A stretch of DNA of 64,000 nt from positions 53,878,001 to 53,942,000 of the forward strand of contig OZ336872.1 in assembly GCA_965287045.1 (NCBI GenBank). The letters are read 5' to 3'. How positions within the stretch are numbered: the stretch's first letter is position 1; every line of letters starts with the position of its first letter. The notes under the pieces were generated by a model, which was not told the origin of the DNA, made no database searches, and saw nothing but the letters and a program-made list of their open reading frames with translations. Origin of the DNA: Carcharhinus amblyrhynchos (lineage: Eukaryota). The position numbers were made by a program, and so were the translations under genes. Positions 50,421 through 62,952 of the stretch are shown here, piece by piece.

Positions 50421-50834
50421 CAGAAATGGTGACCAACTCCATTATCACAATGTGAACCCAACCACCATGCAGTGTTTGATGGCTGATCTCTCAGTTTCCA
50501 TTGCTGGAGAAGCAGAAACTACTCAGCATCTGCATTCTGCAGTGGAAGCTCAGACTGAAGCCATACCCAGCTTACTGTCTCACACACACACAGACTGCTA
50601 CCACCATGGCTGCAGAGACTAGTGTGCAAAGGTGCTTCCTGTGTATCACAATAATCTGCTTTCCAATGCGTAACTGGGATTACTGAGGTACAGTTCCATG
50701 GCAGTTACAATGGAAACCTACTGTTTTCTCAGGATGGCAAATGTTACCCTCCCCACAACTGTTTCTCTGCCAATTTCTTTGCTGCTTCCTGGCAGTCCGC
50801 TCAGTCCAGACTGCTGCCTGCCATCCCAAGGTGG

Positions 50835-51016
50835 TCATGATGTGGGTATGCCGGCGTTGGACTGGCGTAAACACAGTAAAAAGTCTGACAACACCAGGTT
50901 TTAGTCCAACCGATTTATTTGATAATAGACTCATAATGGTGACTATGAAAACTTGTGAGTCTATTATCAAATAAATCGGTTGGACTAAAACCTGGTGTTG
51001 TCAGACTTTTTACTGT
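50835..51016. mobile_element. Penelope-like inverted terminal-repeat insertion (61-bp perfect hairpin) with 12-bp TSD
   Basis: Arms 50873-50933 and 50956-51016 are exact reverse complements. ATCCCAAGGTGG is repeated at 50823-50834 and 51017-51028. Confidence 0.85.
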
Positions 51017-51397
51017 ATCCCAAGGTGGCACAGCTTAAAGCTGTAGTTTGCAGAGTGCTTATAGTCACCCTGCAATCTGCCCCATGAAAGACAACAGCTC
51101 TTCACCAACTGTGCTGCAGCCATTGAGTTAACACTGCACAACAGCACCAAGACAGGAAAGGCAGACATCAAGAACATGCATGTCATATTTATTGGGATGG
51201 TTTTATTGATCAGGTTGGTTAATGTTTTGTGCTGGTTGTTATTTTAGCATTGTGACCCCGTTAAGGGCAGTAACAGAGGGAGCGAAGGTATTGAATAGGG
51301 AATCGAGGTTACGTTCACTGCTACCAGAGTCAGGTGCGCCAGTCTGGTGGTTGCCTGTTCCTTTCCTCCAGTCCCTCCTGTTCTTCCACCTCTTCCT

Positions 51398-52250
51398 TCA
51401 TTTATACTTTTCATCATTAACCTTGTATGTCTGCATGATGGTGAGATTATGCAGGATACAGCAGTCCACAACAAATTGTAATATGCACTCTGGAGAGTAC
51501 TGCAAGGCTCCACCAATATCATCCAGGCAGTGGAAGCATTGCTTAAGCACTCCAACCATCTCCTCAGAGAGGCTGAGTGTGACGGCATGGCTGCCCATGT
51601 GTTTGGGCCACTCACTGGAGTCAAGGTGGCCCTTCCTGTCCACTCGCTATCCTCCGCTTTTTCGTGTTGGTTTCAAATGCTAATGGAAGAGTAGACTGAT
51701 GCAGTGAGCTGCATCGTTATTACCGATATGTTACTGGCTATTCATTTGCATGATGTGCTGAACATGCTCAGAACACCAGCTTGACAGGGAGACAGTGGAA
51801 CCTGTGTGTTTGAGGTCCATCTCAAAATGTAAACAGTGTGCCCATAAAGCAGTAAATAGCTCCTTGAACAAGTGGGGAAGTTCACTACTCTGACAAAGTT
51901 ATGCACTCATTCTACATGTTCCTCTCTTAAAAAAGAGAATGCAATGTATTCACTTCTCATCACATACAAAACATCAGTGATTATCCTTTTGCAACACTGA
52001 ATGACAAAGCATCAGGCAATTGCAGAATTGCTACAAAGCAGGAGGATGCCATTTAGCCCACTGTGTCAGCACCAGATGCTGGAGATGTCACCTGCTCCAG
52101 CCAAGAAGGAGCTCGATGCGAAGGAGTGCAAGGCCACCTTTCTAGTCACCTTTAGAAGCATCAGCATGCTTTCCTCACCCAACTCCAAGGCTGTGGGTCA
52201 GCTGACACCATCGGTTTAGCTTTAACCAAATTATTCAGATTGCTCGCCTA
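51398..52250 (-). pseudogene. Decayed PIF/Harbinger (HARBI1-like) DDE transposase
   Basis: Segments occur in the expected order: KVALHSFASSSFLAGAGDISSI, QCCKRIITDVLYVMRSEYIAF, HIMQMNSQ*HIGNNDA, and SHAVTLSLSEEMVGVLKQCFHCLDDIGGALQYSPECILQFVVDCCILHNL. Confidence 0.8.
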
Positions 52251-52754
52251 TTTTACTCTCTGCCCTGATTTTACCCTCAGCTGAATGTAAAACTAACTTT
52301 GGTCCAAACATGCCAACTAAATAGCAAGTCAAGTGACATGAGGATAGCAAGCAGTATTGGGATGGTTAAAATGCCTTAAATGTTGAACATGGGCTGAAAT
52401 AAAATGTGAGCAGGGATTAACAGCCTTATTAACACTGTTTTAAAAATAAATAGGCCAGTTTTTTTGCTGTCAAGATAATAGTGACTATAATCACACACCC
52501 TGTTATTTATTTATGCATAAATTACACAGCAAATTTAGGCGAGGGGCGGGTGCCTAGTTAAACATGAATATCTAAAAGTTGCTGTCAGAGTTGCATTACT
52601 CCAAGATTAGTTTTGTGAAAATAATGTCTTGCCATGGAAAGGCATTGAATAACGTGCCGTTATTAGATTTGTATCTTAGTAAGGAACTAAACTTGGAGGT
52701 ATTTAGGATTAACAATTACAAGCGTATGGACCCTTTAGACGACATGGTAAGCAT

Positions 52755-53124
52755 TTTTTTTTAACCCATTCATGGGACTTGGGCTTCTCTGGCTGGCCAA
52801 CATTTATTGCCTATCCCTAGCCACCCTTGAAACTGAATTCAGATAACAGTTGAGAGTCAACTACATTGCTATTGCTCTGGAGTCACATGCAGGCCAGATC
52901 AGGTAAGGACGGCAGATTTCTTTCCCTAAAGGATATTAGTGAACCAGATGGGTTTTTCCAATGATTGGCAGTGGTTTCATCAGTAGATTCCTAATGCCAA
53001 TTTTTTTTTATATATTGAATTCAAGTTCCACCATCTGCTGTGGTGAGATTCAAACTCAGACTCCCCAGAGCATTAGCTGAGTTTCTGGATTAATAGTCTA
53101 GCGATGATAGGTCATCACCTCCCC
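52755..53124 (-). mobile_element. tRNA-headed bipartite SINE, near full length
   Basis: The minus strand has a head gggaggtgatgacc...ctagactattaatccagaaactcag...gtttgaatctcaccacagcagatgg, a body equal to the LINE 5'UTR, and a tail ctagggataggcaataaatgttggccagccag...cccatgaatggg-An. Confidence 0.8.
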
Positions 53125-54487
53125 ATCTCCATAATGCCTGCCAGTCACCCCTTTTGGGGCTGATAATTACCTATTGTAAATGTTGCATTTTAAATTTTAA
53201 AATTTAATAACAATTTGCAACTTTTTGTTTATTTTCCTTTCTCTTGCACAACTCACTCTCTTATTCCTATATTTTTTTCCTCTGCTCATATCTTTCTCCA
53301 CCTGATTTGATATGGAGTTCAGCCTCTTTAATTTATCTTCTGTCTCAATCCTACCACTGTTCATTTCCCAAACCTCGAGTCACATTAGCTAAAGAGAAGT
53401 GCTGTTGGTTGCCAGCTCATTCACATATCAGATGCTGTGTTTCCCTCATACTTCAACAACTTTGTGGGCAAGATCTCTTTGGGGTGATTAGCACTTGGAC
53501 AAAATCTGACCATTGCAAGTGAATACCAATCAAAAACTAATGAGGATAATTTCACGAGTCATCTTCAACTCAGTTACCCGTGAGTTCCAAAGACACCAGT
53601 GAATAATACTTCAACATGTCACAAATTCCCTGCATAGCTCATTTATCTTTTAAATGGATTAAGTAAATACAGAATTAAGCAGTTTTTATTGGAGACAATT
53701 AATAAGATCTCCATGTAACACGAATAATAGGCTTAAGTGAGAATCCTGTGTTCTCATTTAATCATTTGCAGTAGCAATCTGCCAAATTTATTTCGAAATT
53801 CAAAGTATGTGACTTTAGCACATAGTGAAATAAATTACATTTTATTATGCAATTATCAAATCATTTTGTTCCAAGGCAGTAGACTATAATTGCCAAGTAA
53901 CTTGGGTTTTTCTTATTTCCAATTTTTTCTCTTACCATTGTTTAGTGGAAATGCACAAGTCTACCGATTTCAGGACTCTGAATTGACATTATGGAACGAT
54001 AGCATGACTTGTTTATCGCAGATTGCCCTCTCATCCACTATCCACTTCAGCAGAGGCACTAACCAATTTATTATTTGCCAGAGAAACCTCAGGTGGCCAT
54101 GTTAACATTTGTATGCTGGCATCATTGGCGTTGCAAACTCTGGATGGGAGTATGGCTGGAGATTCATTGCATGACCTTACGCCTTCAAGTCAATCAACAC
54201 TCTTCCTCCCACCACATTTCCAATCTCTTTCTTAAATTAAAGTATTTCACATGAAAAATAAACACAATATTCTTTAATGGCCCTATAACATTTTCCCCTG
54301 GGTTGCTCATAGCAATGTGCAGGAGATTAACCTCTGGACGTGTTCCTGAAAGTTTGGCAATCTTATCAACGCCTACATATTGCGCTTTTCATGCGTTTAA
54401 GGGACAGTCTCTGTGCTGTGATGTTACCTTTAATGTCTTGGGTTTATAAAGTCAGTTCCCTCTTCCAGATGCATGACTTGGTCATAT

Positions 54488-54550
54488 TTAACCTGGTATT
54501 GTAGACTTCTTATTGTGCTTACCCCAGTCCAATGCCGGCATCTCCACATC
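54488..54550 (+). mobile_element. Tiny Penelope-like terminal fragment with ~10-bp TSD
   Basis: ttaacctggtattgt.agacttcttattgtgcttaccccagtccaatgccggcatctccacatc, flanked by ttggtcatat (54478-54487) and ttggtcacat (54551-54560). Confidence 0.7.
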
Positions 54551-54915
54551 TTGGTCACATGCAACAGCATGAAGCTCTCAATGGAATACTTAAAGGGGAA
54601 GGCTCCTTCATTATTAATTCCCATATCCACATTTAAAATACAATCTGTCTATAATATTTAGTCACACATTAATTACATCCTCTCAGACATGGGAATGATA
54701 TATGTAGCAATTCAGTTTTATATAACTTAACTACTCCAGCTGTACTGCAGAGAAGTTCCAACGTTCCAGTCCAATTTACTACCCAAGTTACCACACCTTA
54801 GTTTTATTAAATTACACATAAGTCAGCATTTATATAGATAAGAAGAGAGAGTGCTCTGACTTTAAAATGGTGACTATGTTATGGCTGAATGGTTGAATCT
54901 GATTATTCCGTGACT

Positions 54916-57900
54916 TAGAACGTAAGAACTAAGAGCAGAAGTAGTCCATCTGGCCCCTTGAAACTTCTCCGCCATTCAATAAGGTCGTGGTTGATCTTCT
55001 TGTGGACTCAGCTCCACTCACCCGCCCATTCACCGTAACCCTTAATTCCTTTACTGTTCAAAAATGTAACTATCCTTACCTTAAAGACATTCAATGAGGT
55101 AGCCTCAACTGCTTCACTGGGCAGGGAATTCCACAGATTCACAACCCTTTGTGAAAAGAAGTTCCTTCTCAACTCGGTCCTAAATCTGCTCCCCTTATTT
55201 TGAGGCCATGCCCCCTAGTTCTAGTTTCACTTGCCAATGGAAACAAGTTCCCTGCTTCTATCTGATCTATTCCTGTCATAATCTGATATGCTTCTGTAAG
55301 ATCTTCCCTCATTCTTCTGAATTCCAATGAGTATAGCCCCAGTCTACTCAGTCTCTCTTCATAAGCCAACCCACTCAACTCCAGAATCAACCTAGTGAAC
55401 CTCCTCTGCATACCCTCCGCTGCCAGTAAAGCCTTTCTCAACTAAGGAGATCAAAACTGTACGCAATACTCCAGATCTGGCCTCCCCAGCACCTTATACA
55501 GCTGCAACATAACCTGCCTGTTTTTAAACTCCATCCCTCTAGCAATGAAGAACAAAATTCCATTTGCCTTCTTAATTACCTGCTGCACCTGCAAACCAAC
55601 ATTTTGTGATTCCTGCACAAGGACACCCAGGTTCCTCTGCACAGCAGCATGCTGCAATTTTTTACCATTTAAGTAAAAGTCCATTTTACTGTTATTCCTA
55701 CCAAAATGGATGACCTCACATTTACCAGCACTGTACTCCAGCTGCCAGACCCTTGCCCACTCACTCAGATTATTGATATCCCTTTGCAAACTTTCAGCAT
55801 TCTCTGCACGCTTTGCTCTGCCACTCATCTTAGTATCATCTGCAAACTTTGACACATTCCACTTGGTCCACAACTGCAAATCATTTAAATAAATCGTAAA
55901 CAATTGCAGTCCCAACACTGACCCCTGATGCACACCACTAGTCACTGATCGCCAACCAGAAAAACACCCATTTATCCCCACTCTTTGCTTTTTATCACTT
56001 AACCAACCCTCTATCTGTACTAATACTTTATCCGTAACATTGTGCACCTTTATCTTAAGCAGCAGCCTTTGGTGTGGCATCTTGTCAAATGCCTTCTGAA
56101 AATTCAAATACACAACATCCACAGGTTCCCCACTGTCCAATGTGCATGTAATGTTCTCAAAGAATTCCACCAAATTAGCCAAACGTGAGTTGTCCTTCAT
56201 GAACCCATGCTCCATCTTTCCAATGGGACAATTTATATCCAGATGTTTATTTCTTCCTTGGTGATAGAATCAAGCATTTTCCCTACAAAAGAAGTTAAGC
56301 TAATTGGCCTATAGTTACCTGCCTTTTGTCTACCTCCTTTTTTAAACTGTGGCGTCACATTTGCTGTTTTCCAATCTGCAGGAACCAGAGTCCAGCGAAT
56401 TTTGGTAAATTACCATTAGTACATTTGCTATTTCTTCTGCCATCTCTTTTAGTACCCTGGAATGCATTCCATCAGGGCCAGGAGACTTGTCTACATTTAG
56501 CCCCATTAGCTTGCCCAACACTACCTCTTTCCTGATAATGAGGGTTATTAGGTCCTCACCTGCTATAGCATTCATGTCATAAATTTTTGGCATGTTATCT
56601 GTGTCTTCCACTGTGAAGACCAACACAAAATACCTGTTCAATGCCTCATCCATTTCCTGATTTCCAGTTATTACATCCCCTTCTCATCCTCTAAAGGACC
56701 AATGTTTACTTTAGCCACTCTTTTTCATTTCATATGTCTGTAGAAACTTTTGCTATCTGTTTTTATATTCTGAGCTAGCTTACTCTCACAATCCATCTTA
56801 CTTTTCTTCATAGCTTTTCTCATGGCCTTCTGCTGACCTGTAAAGATTTCCCAATCCTCTAGTTTCCCACTAATCTTTGCCACCTTGTATGCATTTTCTT
56901 TCAATTTGATACCCTCCTTCATTTCCTTACATATCCATGGCTGATTATCTCTTTTTCTATAGTCCTTCCTGATCACTGGTATATACTTTTGCTAAGCACT
57001 GTGAAAAATCACTTTGAAAGTCTTCCACTGTTCCTCAATTGTCCCACCATAAAGGTTTTGCTCCCAATTTCCATTAGCCAACTCCTCCCTCATTCCATTG
57101 TAATCTCCTTTGTTTAAGCACAAGGCACTGGTACTGGATTTTACCTTCTCACACACCATTAAATTCAACCGTACTGTGATCTCTTCTTCTGAGAGGATCC
57201 TTAACTGTAAGATCATTACTTATTCATGTTGGATTACACAGGACTAGACCTAGGATAGCTTGCTCCCTCATAAGTTTCATTACATACTGTTCAAGGAAGC
57301 TATCATAGATATAGTCTATGAACTCCTTCTCAAGGATACCTTGATCAACTTGGTTTGATATGTAGATTAAAATTCCCCATGATAATTGCTGTACCAGTTT
57401 TACATGCAGTTATTTTGTTGTTTATTTCTCACCCCACTGTGATGTCATTATTTGGTGGCATATAGATTACGCCTATCAATGACTTTTTCTCCTTACTATT
57501 TCTAGTTTCCACCTAAATGGATTCAACCTTTTTTTCCATAGAACCTACATCATTTCCCACTACTGCTCTGATGTCATCCTTAAATATCAGAGCTACACCA
57601 CCTCCCTTACCTTCTTGTCTATCCTTCAAACAGTCTGATACCCCTGGACATTTAACTCCCAGTCGTGACCATCCTGCAACCATGTCTCTGAAATGGCCAC
57701 CAAATCATACCCATTTGTGAAGATTTGTGCCGTCAACTCATTTACCTTGTTTTGAATGCTACAAGCATTCAGGTAAAGTACACTTATGCTTGTTTGTGTG
57801 CCTTTTTTTGAGTTCTAATACCTCTATTAATAACATCTCATGAGTTCTCCTTCCTTTTAATTTTTTTCCTGATTTTCGATACAGTTGGAACCTTCTCCCC

Positions 57901-58035
57901 ACATGCAAAGCTGCTGCTTTGATTTCTATTAATCATTATATTTCCCCTAGTTTAACTCTTCCCTTGCCCCCAACTTGCTAGTTTAAATTCCTTGTGACCA
58001 CCCTATTTATTCTTTCAGCTAGAACACTGGTCCCT
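54916..58035 (-). mobile_element. CR1-type LINE, near-complete ORF2 (APE and RT) with frameshifts, plus 3' tail
   Basis: Endonuclease-region traces (KGGGVALIF), RT motifs (KSPGPDGMH, HGF, NFQKAFDK, QGSVLG, SKFADDTK), and the tail tcttagttcttacgttct. Confidence 0.95.
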
Positions 58036-58989
58036 ACTCCTTGATCTCGACTTGCTGTATTCAACACCACAGATGCACAAAGGCATTATGTTAATCCATG
58101 CTTCTGAAGTTCAAATTCTGACAACTTGAGTGTAATATATATTCAAAATACTAATAGTGAATGAATCGTAGCTCCCATAATGATTGGATGATCCGGCCTG
58201 ACAGGTTTAGGTTGGGTTTCCATCCAAACCTTTGTACCGAATTCAATGAAAGACACTGTCTACTAAACACAGAAACTTATTACTGCTGCATCCATTTGAA
58301 TTCAATCGCTGATGGACTTTGCTCTTCAGGAAGGGGCTAAATGGGACTAAACCAAAACTGGAGCCAGGCTTAGAAAACAAAGAGCTGTGAAATCCACAGC
58401 TCAGCAGCAAAAGGCCACGAGTGAAAGACGGAAGATGGGAAAAATGTATTTGAAAGCCAACTTTAATAGAGGCACGAATGTAAACCAAAGTGGGATAGCA
58501 TAACAATGCGATCATTATTTTTATACTATGCAAGGAAAAATCATATTGATGAAAATAAGTGATGCTGATCATGGCTGTTCACCTGATGGGAAATAAGAAT
58601 CGATTCACATCAAATCTCATCTCAGCAAGTGTTTTCTCAATCATCACTCTGAGATTGGCAAAACACAAGACACAAATATTTCAATGCAGGGGGATGCTAT
58701 TATTAATCCCTGGGTTATGCTCCTGTGCGTACAAAACAGGTGAATCAACAGCCAGAAAAGTAAAGGCTGCTTAAGGCAGTGACTGACACTACTGAATCCA
58801 AAATAGCATTTACAGCAACCCCAAATTTGCTTACACTCATTCAAAAACCGACAATAATGAATGGAGAAAATGTCAGCTTCCTTTGGTCAGGTTTCTCTAA
58901 TGAGACATCAGCCATTTTATTCTGTACCTTCAACCCAGTTTCCTGATATTTTAAATTATTTTTCTTTACCTTTTGTTTCAAGTTTGCCT

Positions 58990-59436
58990 CTTTGGCAATG
59001 CCAGGAGGCCCAGGCTGGCACTGCCTGTATGGCAGTGTCCAGGGAGCATTCCCGCTCAGCACCCGAACCCTCGATTGCCTCCAGTGGGGTCAGGCCTCCA
59101 TCTTCCTGTAAGCGGGAAGCTATACGAAATCCCGCTGGAGTCAAATACTCCTGGTGGTGGTGGGGCTGGTGGTACTGGGGGGGTGGGATTGCAGGGAGGC
59201 TAGTGGGCCCAGAGATTTCAGTCCTGGACCCGCTAATGATACTTCATTTGTAGGGAAATAAGGATTTAAATAAAATATGTCGCTCCCCGCTGATTTCTGG
59301 CACGGAGTTGAGGATGCCGGAAATCCAGCTGCCATAGACTCAAAGGCCCAGCGGGAAGGCCATAAAACGGCCTTCACTCATGTCTCCCGGCCCACTGCGC
59401 TGCTTTGTAGTGCAGTGGGATGGGAGCCTTAGCCCA
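58990..59436. mobile_element. Partial Harbinger-like MITE related to 2307-3527
   Basis: GC-rich. Shares ggcaatgccagg / caggctggcactgcc motifs with 2480-2550 (reverse orientation) and ends ...gggagccttagccc. Confidence 0.45.
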
Positions 59437-59629
59437 CCACCCCCCCGCCCCAAATGTGTCACACCAAGAGGTTAACACCAAAAAGAATCTACAAACAAAA
59501 TGATTCTCAGTATGGCAATTTAAAAGTAGGCAGTATGTTTTTATTAGCATTCTGAGACATTGGTAGATATCGATAGACTTTTAAGTATATTCCTCAAGTG
59601 TGTCTGAAAATGTCTGTCTTATAGTGAGA

Positions 59630-59750
59630 TTATAAGGAATGGGAACAGTCGGCCTCTTGAGACTGCTTCTTGCCCTTCAATAAGAACATGGCCGATCAAA
59701 CTGTGGCATTAAGTCCACTCTCCTGCCTGGACTCCCTAAGTCTTCACTGT
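59630..59750 (-). mobile_element. CR1 3' tail fragment
   Basis: ataaggaatgggaacag.tcggcc...ttcaataagaacatggccgatc. Confidence 0.55.
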
Positions 59751-60188
59751 CTTATAAGAGAATAACTACCTAGTTTTATAACATTGGAAGGAATAGCCTT
59801 TGGTGGTTTGTTTTCAGCCTTAATGTCAAATTAAGCAGTTTGGCAATGTTTACCCCTCTAATCATGTTACTCAACCTCTTACTCCAGGATAGTTGCCTGG
59901 GTAATGGCACACTGCAAAAGAATTTAAAATCATAGCACAAGGATTGTGAAATATGTCCTTACATCTTTAACTGCATCAGACAATGGGTTATATGATACAA
60001 ATATTAATTTGGTCATGGATTTGGAACATTGTTCAGGACAATAACATACATCAAGTTATAAAGGTACCAGTTTAAGACAGAGTTCCTGTACTGTTTACTC
60101 AGTAGGCTTGCAAATTCGATTTAGCCACTGGTCAATGCTTCAGAGGAAAATGACAAAAACAAAATAAGTGGTGCATGCGTCTCATTCA

Positions 60189-60491
<303 letters not shown>

Positions 60492-60886
60492 TTAGTGCTT
60501 CAAAGCTATTGATGGGTGTAGCAAGTTACAATATTTGGAGGGGGCAAGAAATGGAAATCTTGTCCTCAACATGCACCATCTTGGAGCAATATACATGGCA
60601 TTTTTCATTTTAATATCATAACCAGGTTGTCAGATTAGCATGTAAAATAATTGCGAGCATATGACATTTGACTTTACTGAACATTAATTACTTCACTTCA
60701 GTGTCAGAAAGTCCAAGTATATCTTGCTGCAGGACATGAGATCACCACATGAAATTGCGAAATGCACCACCATGCAAGACAGCTCCTGAATGCACCATTA
60801 GATTGTCTCAAAGAAACAAATTTCATGGTTGCCCACAGCTGCCAAACCAACCTTAAAGGAGGTAGCGACATTACTTGGCATGATAA

Positions 60887-62580
60887 AGAACCATAGAATC
60901 CTTGCAGTGCAGAAGGCAGCAATCCAGCCCATGGAGACAGCACTAATTCATAAGAACATAAGAAATAGGAGCAGGAGTAGGCCATCTAGCCCTTCGAGCC
61001 TGCCCCGCCATTCAATAAGATCATGACTGATCTGTCGTGGCTCAGTTCCACTTTCCCGCCCTCTCCCCATAACCCTTAATCCCCTCTCTTATCAAGAACC
61101 CATCAACCCGCTTCTTAAAAATATTTAGCGAGGCAGCCTCCACCACTTCTACTGGCAGAGAATTCCAGAGATTCACCACCCTTTGAGTGAAGAAGTTCCT
61201 CCTCAACTCCGTTCTAAGCCGCCTCCCCTTTATCTTGAGGCTGTGCCCCCTAGTCCTACTGTCTTTTCTGAGCGGGAAGAGTCTCTCCACCTCTATCCTA
61301 TCCATCCCATTCATCATCTTATATGTCTCAATGAGATCTCCCCTCATTCTTCTAAACTCTAACGAGTACAAGCCTAGTTTATTCAGCCTCTCCTCATAGC
61401 TCAACCCCCTCAACTCCGGTATCAGCCTAGTAAACCTCCTCTGCACTCCCTCCAAGGCCAAAATATCCTTGCGCAGGTGCGGCGCCCAAAACTGCACACA
61501 GTACTCCAGCTGCGGCCTCACCAATGCCCTATACAGCTGCAGCAAGACCTCCCTACTTTTATATTCAATCCCCCTCGCTATGAAGGCCAGCATCCCATTC
61601 GCCTTCCTGACCACCTGCTAGCTGGGTTTTTGCGACTCATGCACAAGGACCCCGAGGTCCCTCTGCACCGTCGCCTGCTGCAGTTTTTCGCCCCGTAAGT
61701 AATAGTCCTTCCTACCATTCTTCCTACCAAAGTGGACCACCTCACACTTGCCAACATTAAATTCCATTTGCCATTTCCTGGCCCATTCGCCCAGCCTATC
61801 TAGATCCTTCTGCAGACTCTGCACACCCTCCGCACAATTTGCCGTTCCACCAATCTTGGTGTCATCAGCAAATTTTGACATCCTACACTCGGTTCCCTCC
61901 TCCAGATCATCTATATAAATGGTAAATAGCTGAGGCCCCAGCACCGACCCCTGGGGCACCCCACTAGTCACCAACCGCCAATCCGAATAGCACCCATTGA
62001 CCCCCACTCTCTGCCTCCTATTTGACAACCAATCCTCGATCCACGCTAACACCCTACCCCCAACTCCATGTCCCCTGACCTTCTGCAATAACCTCTTGTG
62101 AGGTACCTTGTCAAACGCCTTCTGAAAATCAAGAAAGACCACATCCACCGGCTCTCCTCTATCCACCACCCTAGACACATCCTCACAGAACTCCAGTAAA
62201 TTTGTCAGACACGACTTCCCCTTAATGAAACCGTGCTGCGTCTGCTCTATCAAGCAATTCCCTTCAAGATGCCTCGCAATTTCCTCCTTAATGACGGATT
62301 CTAACACCCTGAAAGAGCACCTAAGCAGGCCCTCCCATCCATCCTGTCCAGCAATCCTATGAATTTACCATGGCTAATCCACCTAATCTACACATCTTTG
62401 GACACCAAGGACCAATCTAACCTGCACATCTTTGGATTGTGGGAGGAAACTGGAGCACAAGGAGGACACTCATGCAGATACGGGGAGGATGTGCAAACAC
62501 CACACAGACAGTCCCCAGGGCTGGAATCAAACCTGGTTCCCTGGAGCTGTAAGACAGCAGTGTTAACCACTGTGCCACCA
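60887..62580 (-). mobile_element. HE1-like SINE split in two (62580-62310 head and core; 60946-60887 tail) by the CR1 insertion
   Basis: The left piece catagaatcc.tgcagtgcagaaggcagc.atccagcccat is an HE1 tail. The right piece carries the HE1 core and head on the same strand. Confidence 0.75.
60949..62307 (-). mobile_element. Young CR1-type LINE (5'-truncated RT and C-terminus, one in-frame stop) inserted into an HE1 SINE
   Basis: ORFs 62307-61618 and 61614-61042 are in one frame, separated by a single TAG. All CR1 RT motifs are intact, the copy is CpG-rich, and the tail is (ttcttatg)n. Confidence 0.96.
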
Positions 62581-62645
62581 CCTCATGAGGCTTTTCAACC
62601 CATTGAGTCTCTGCTAGCTTTTTCAAACGGCAATTCAGTTAATGT

Positions 62646-62952
62646 GGACAGCGCGGTGGTGCAGTGGTTAGAACTGCTGCCTCACAGTGCCAGGGACCTG
62701 GGTTCAATTCCCGGCTTGGGTCACTGTCTGTGCGGAGTCTGCATATTCTCCACGTGTCTGTGTGGGTTTCCTCCGGGTGCTCTGGTTTTCTCGCACGGTC
62801 TGAAAGATGTGCTGGTTGGGAAGATTGGCCAAGCTAAATTTACCTCAGTGGACTCAAACAAGTGCCGGAGTGTGGTGACTTGGGGATTTTCACAGTAGCT
62901 TCATTGCAGTGTTAATGTAAGCCTACTTGTGACAATAATAAACTTTAAACTC
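62646..62952 (+). mobile_element. SINE with HE1-like head and core and an alternative tail
   Basis: The tail ggattttcacagtagcttcattgcagtgttaatgtaagcctacttgtgacaataataaactttaaac is shared with 16034-16300. Confidence 0.88.

Noticed and set aside
53698-53745. RVTW-containing segment as the mGluR7b exon
   Set aside because: The phase fits, but there is no polypyrimidine tract and only three residues match the 7b tail. Similar chance VTW hits occur near 30680, 53895 and 54785.
55451-56215. Host reverse-transcriptase gene or domesticated element
   Set aside because: It is part of a frameshifted CR1 ORF2 with an ordinary LINE tail.
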